From NCBI GenBank assembly GCA_951406725.2, contig OX597823.1:99386001-99450000 (forward strand): a stretch of 64,000 bases of DNA, written 5' to 3'. The first letter of the stretch is position 1; every line of letters begins with the position of its first letter. This DNA comes from Octopus vulgaris. Lineage: Eukaryota. The translations under genes were made by a program, and so were the position numbers. Below the pieces are notes generated by a model. It worked only from the letters and a program-made list of their open reading frames with translations. It was not told the DNA's origin and made no database searches. This document shows positions 63,353 to 64,000 of this stretch, one piece after another.

Positions 63353-64000
63353 TAACAATAAAGGATTTTTGTTGTTGATTGGAGATGGTGCCTGACTGTG
63401 AAGTAGAATATTTCTTTTGCCCTACAGATATTGGTTTAGTCTTTCCCAAATAAAAACTCATTAGTTTGAATGAAAAAGTGTTTTTGTCATTTCATAAAAT
63501 AAGGCAGAAATATAAAATTTTTTTTTTTCTAATGTTGTTACTCTGTGAAATTCATTGAATAGTTCAATGGAAGCATTCTTTTGGGAATCATAAACACAGA
63601 GATGGTGTCGAGGACAAGAGTCATGTTTCATAGATGAAGAAAATGAACAAGGAGTAGATTTCTCAAAGGGGTATTTTAAATTGTTTTGCTTATTTTTTGG
63701 CTTTATCATCTGGATAAACTGATTTAGAAAAGAGATGGTATTATATCAGAATTTTGAGAAAGTATTTTATATAAAAGAATTTTAGGCATTTTTGGTTCAT
63801 GGTAGAATGATTCTGCAACATTTTCAAGACTAATATGGGTCCAAGCTTAACAATCTAGAGTACCTCAGTAGTTTATTTCTGTCGAAATTTAACCTCACCT
63901 TTAAAACATGTTAACTTATATTTAAGCGAATTAAGTGAAATTAAATCCCAGCTACTTCCTTCCAAAACTTCAACAGTTTCGCTGCCAGATCATACTGACC

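Overview
AT-rich eukaryotic DNA, almost entirely intronic or intergenic. The repeat landscape (RTE LINEs with (GAT)n tails, tRNA-derived SINEs, mariner relics, many TA/CA/CAT microsatellites) looks like a coleoid cephalopod, probably Octopus; this is an inference from repeat content. I can support no intact host gene. The long ORFs are retrotransposon or transposase remnants, or their antisense shadows. Main contents: a near full-length RTE LINE (about 1795-6168, minus) inserted inside a SINE; four further coding RTE copies and many 3'-tail fragments; two SINE families; three mariner remnants; two MITEs, one with an exact 8-bp TSD; a probable solo LTR; and several Penelope-like termini and fold-back palindromes. 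Most interesting signals: (1) a Cys4-His-Cys3 PHD-type zinc finger inserted inside the RTE reverse transcriptase, between YADD and FRYLG; (2) hammerhead-ribozyme folds at the centres of palindromic Penelope-like relics; (3) a variable-copy array of ~65-nt two-hairpin modules in the RTE 3' UTR. All identities were judged by eye and coordinates of degenerate repeats are approximate.
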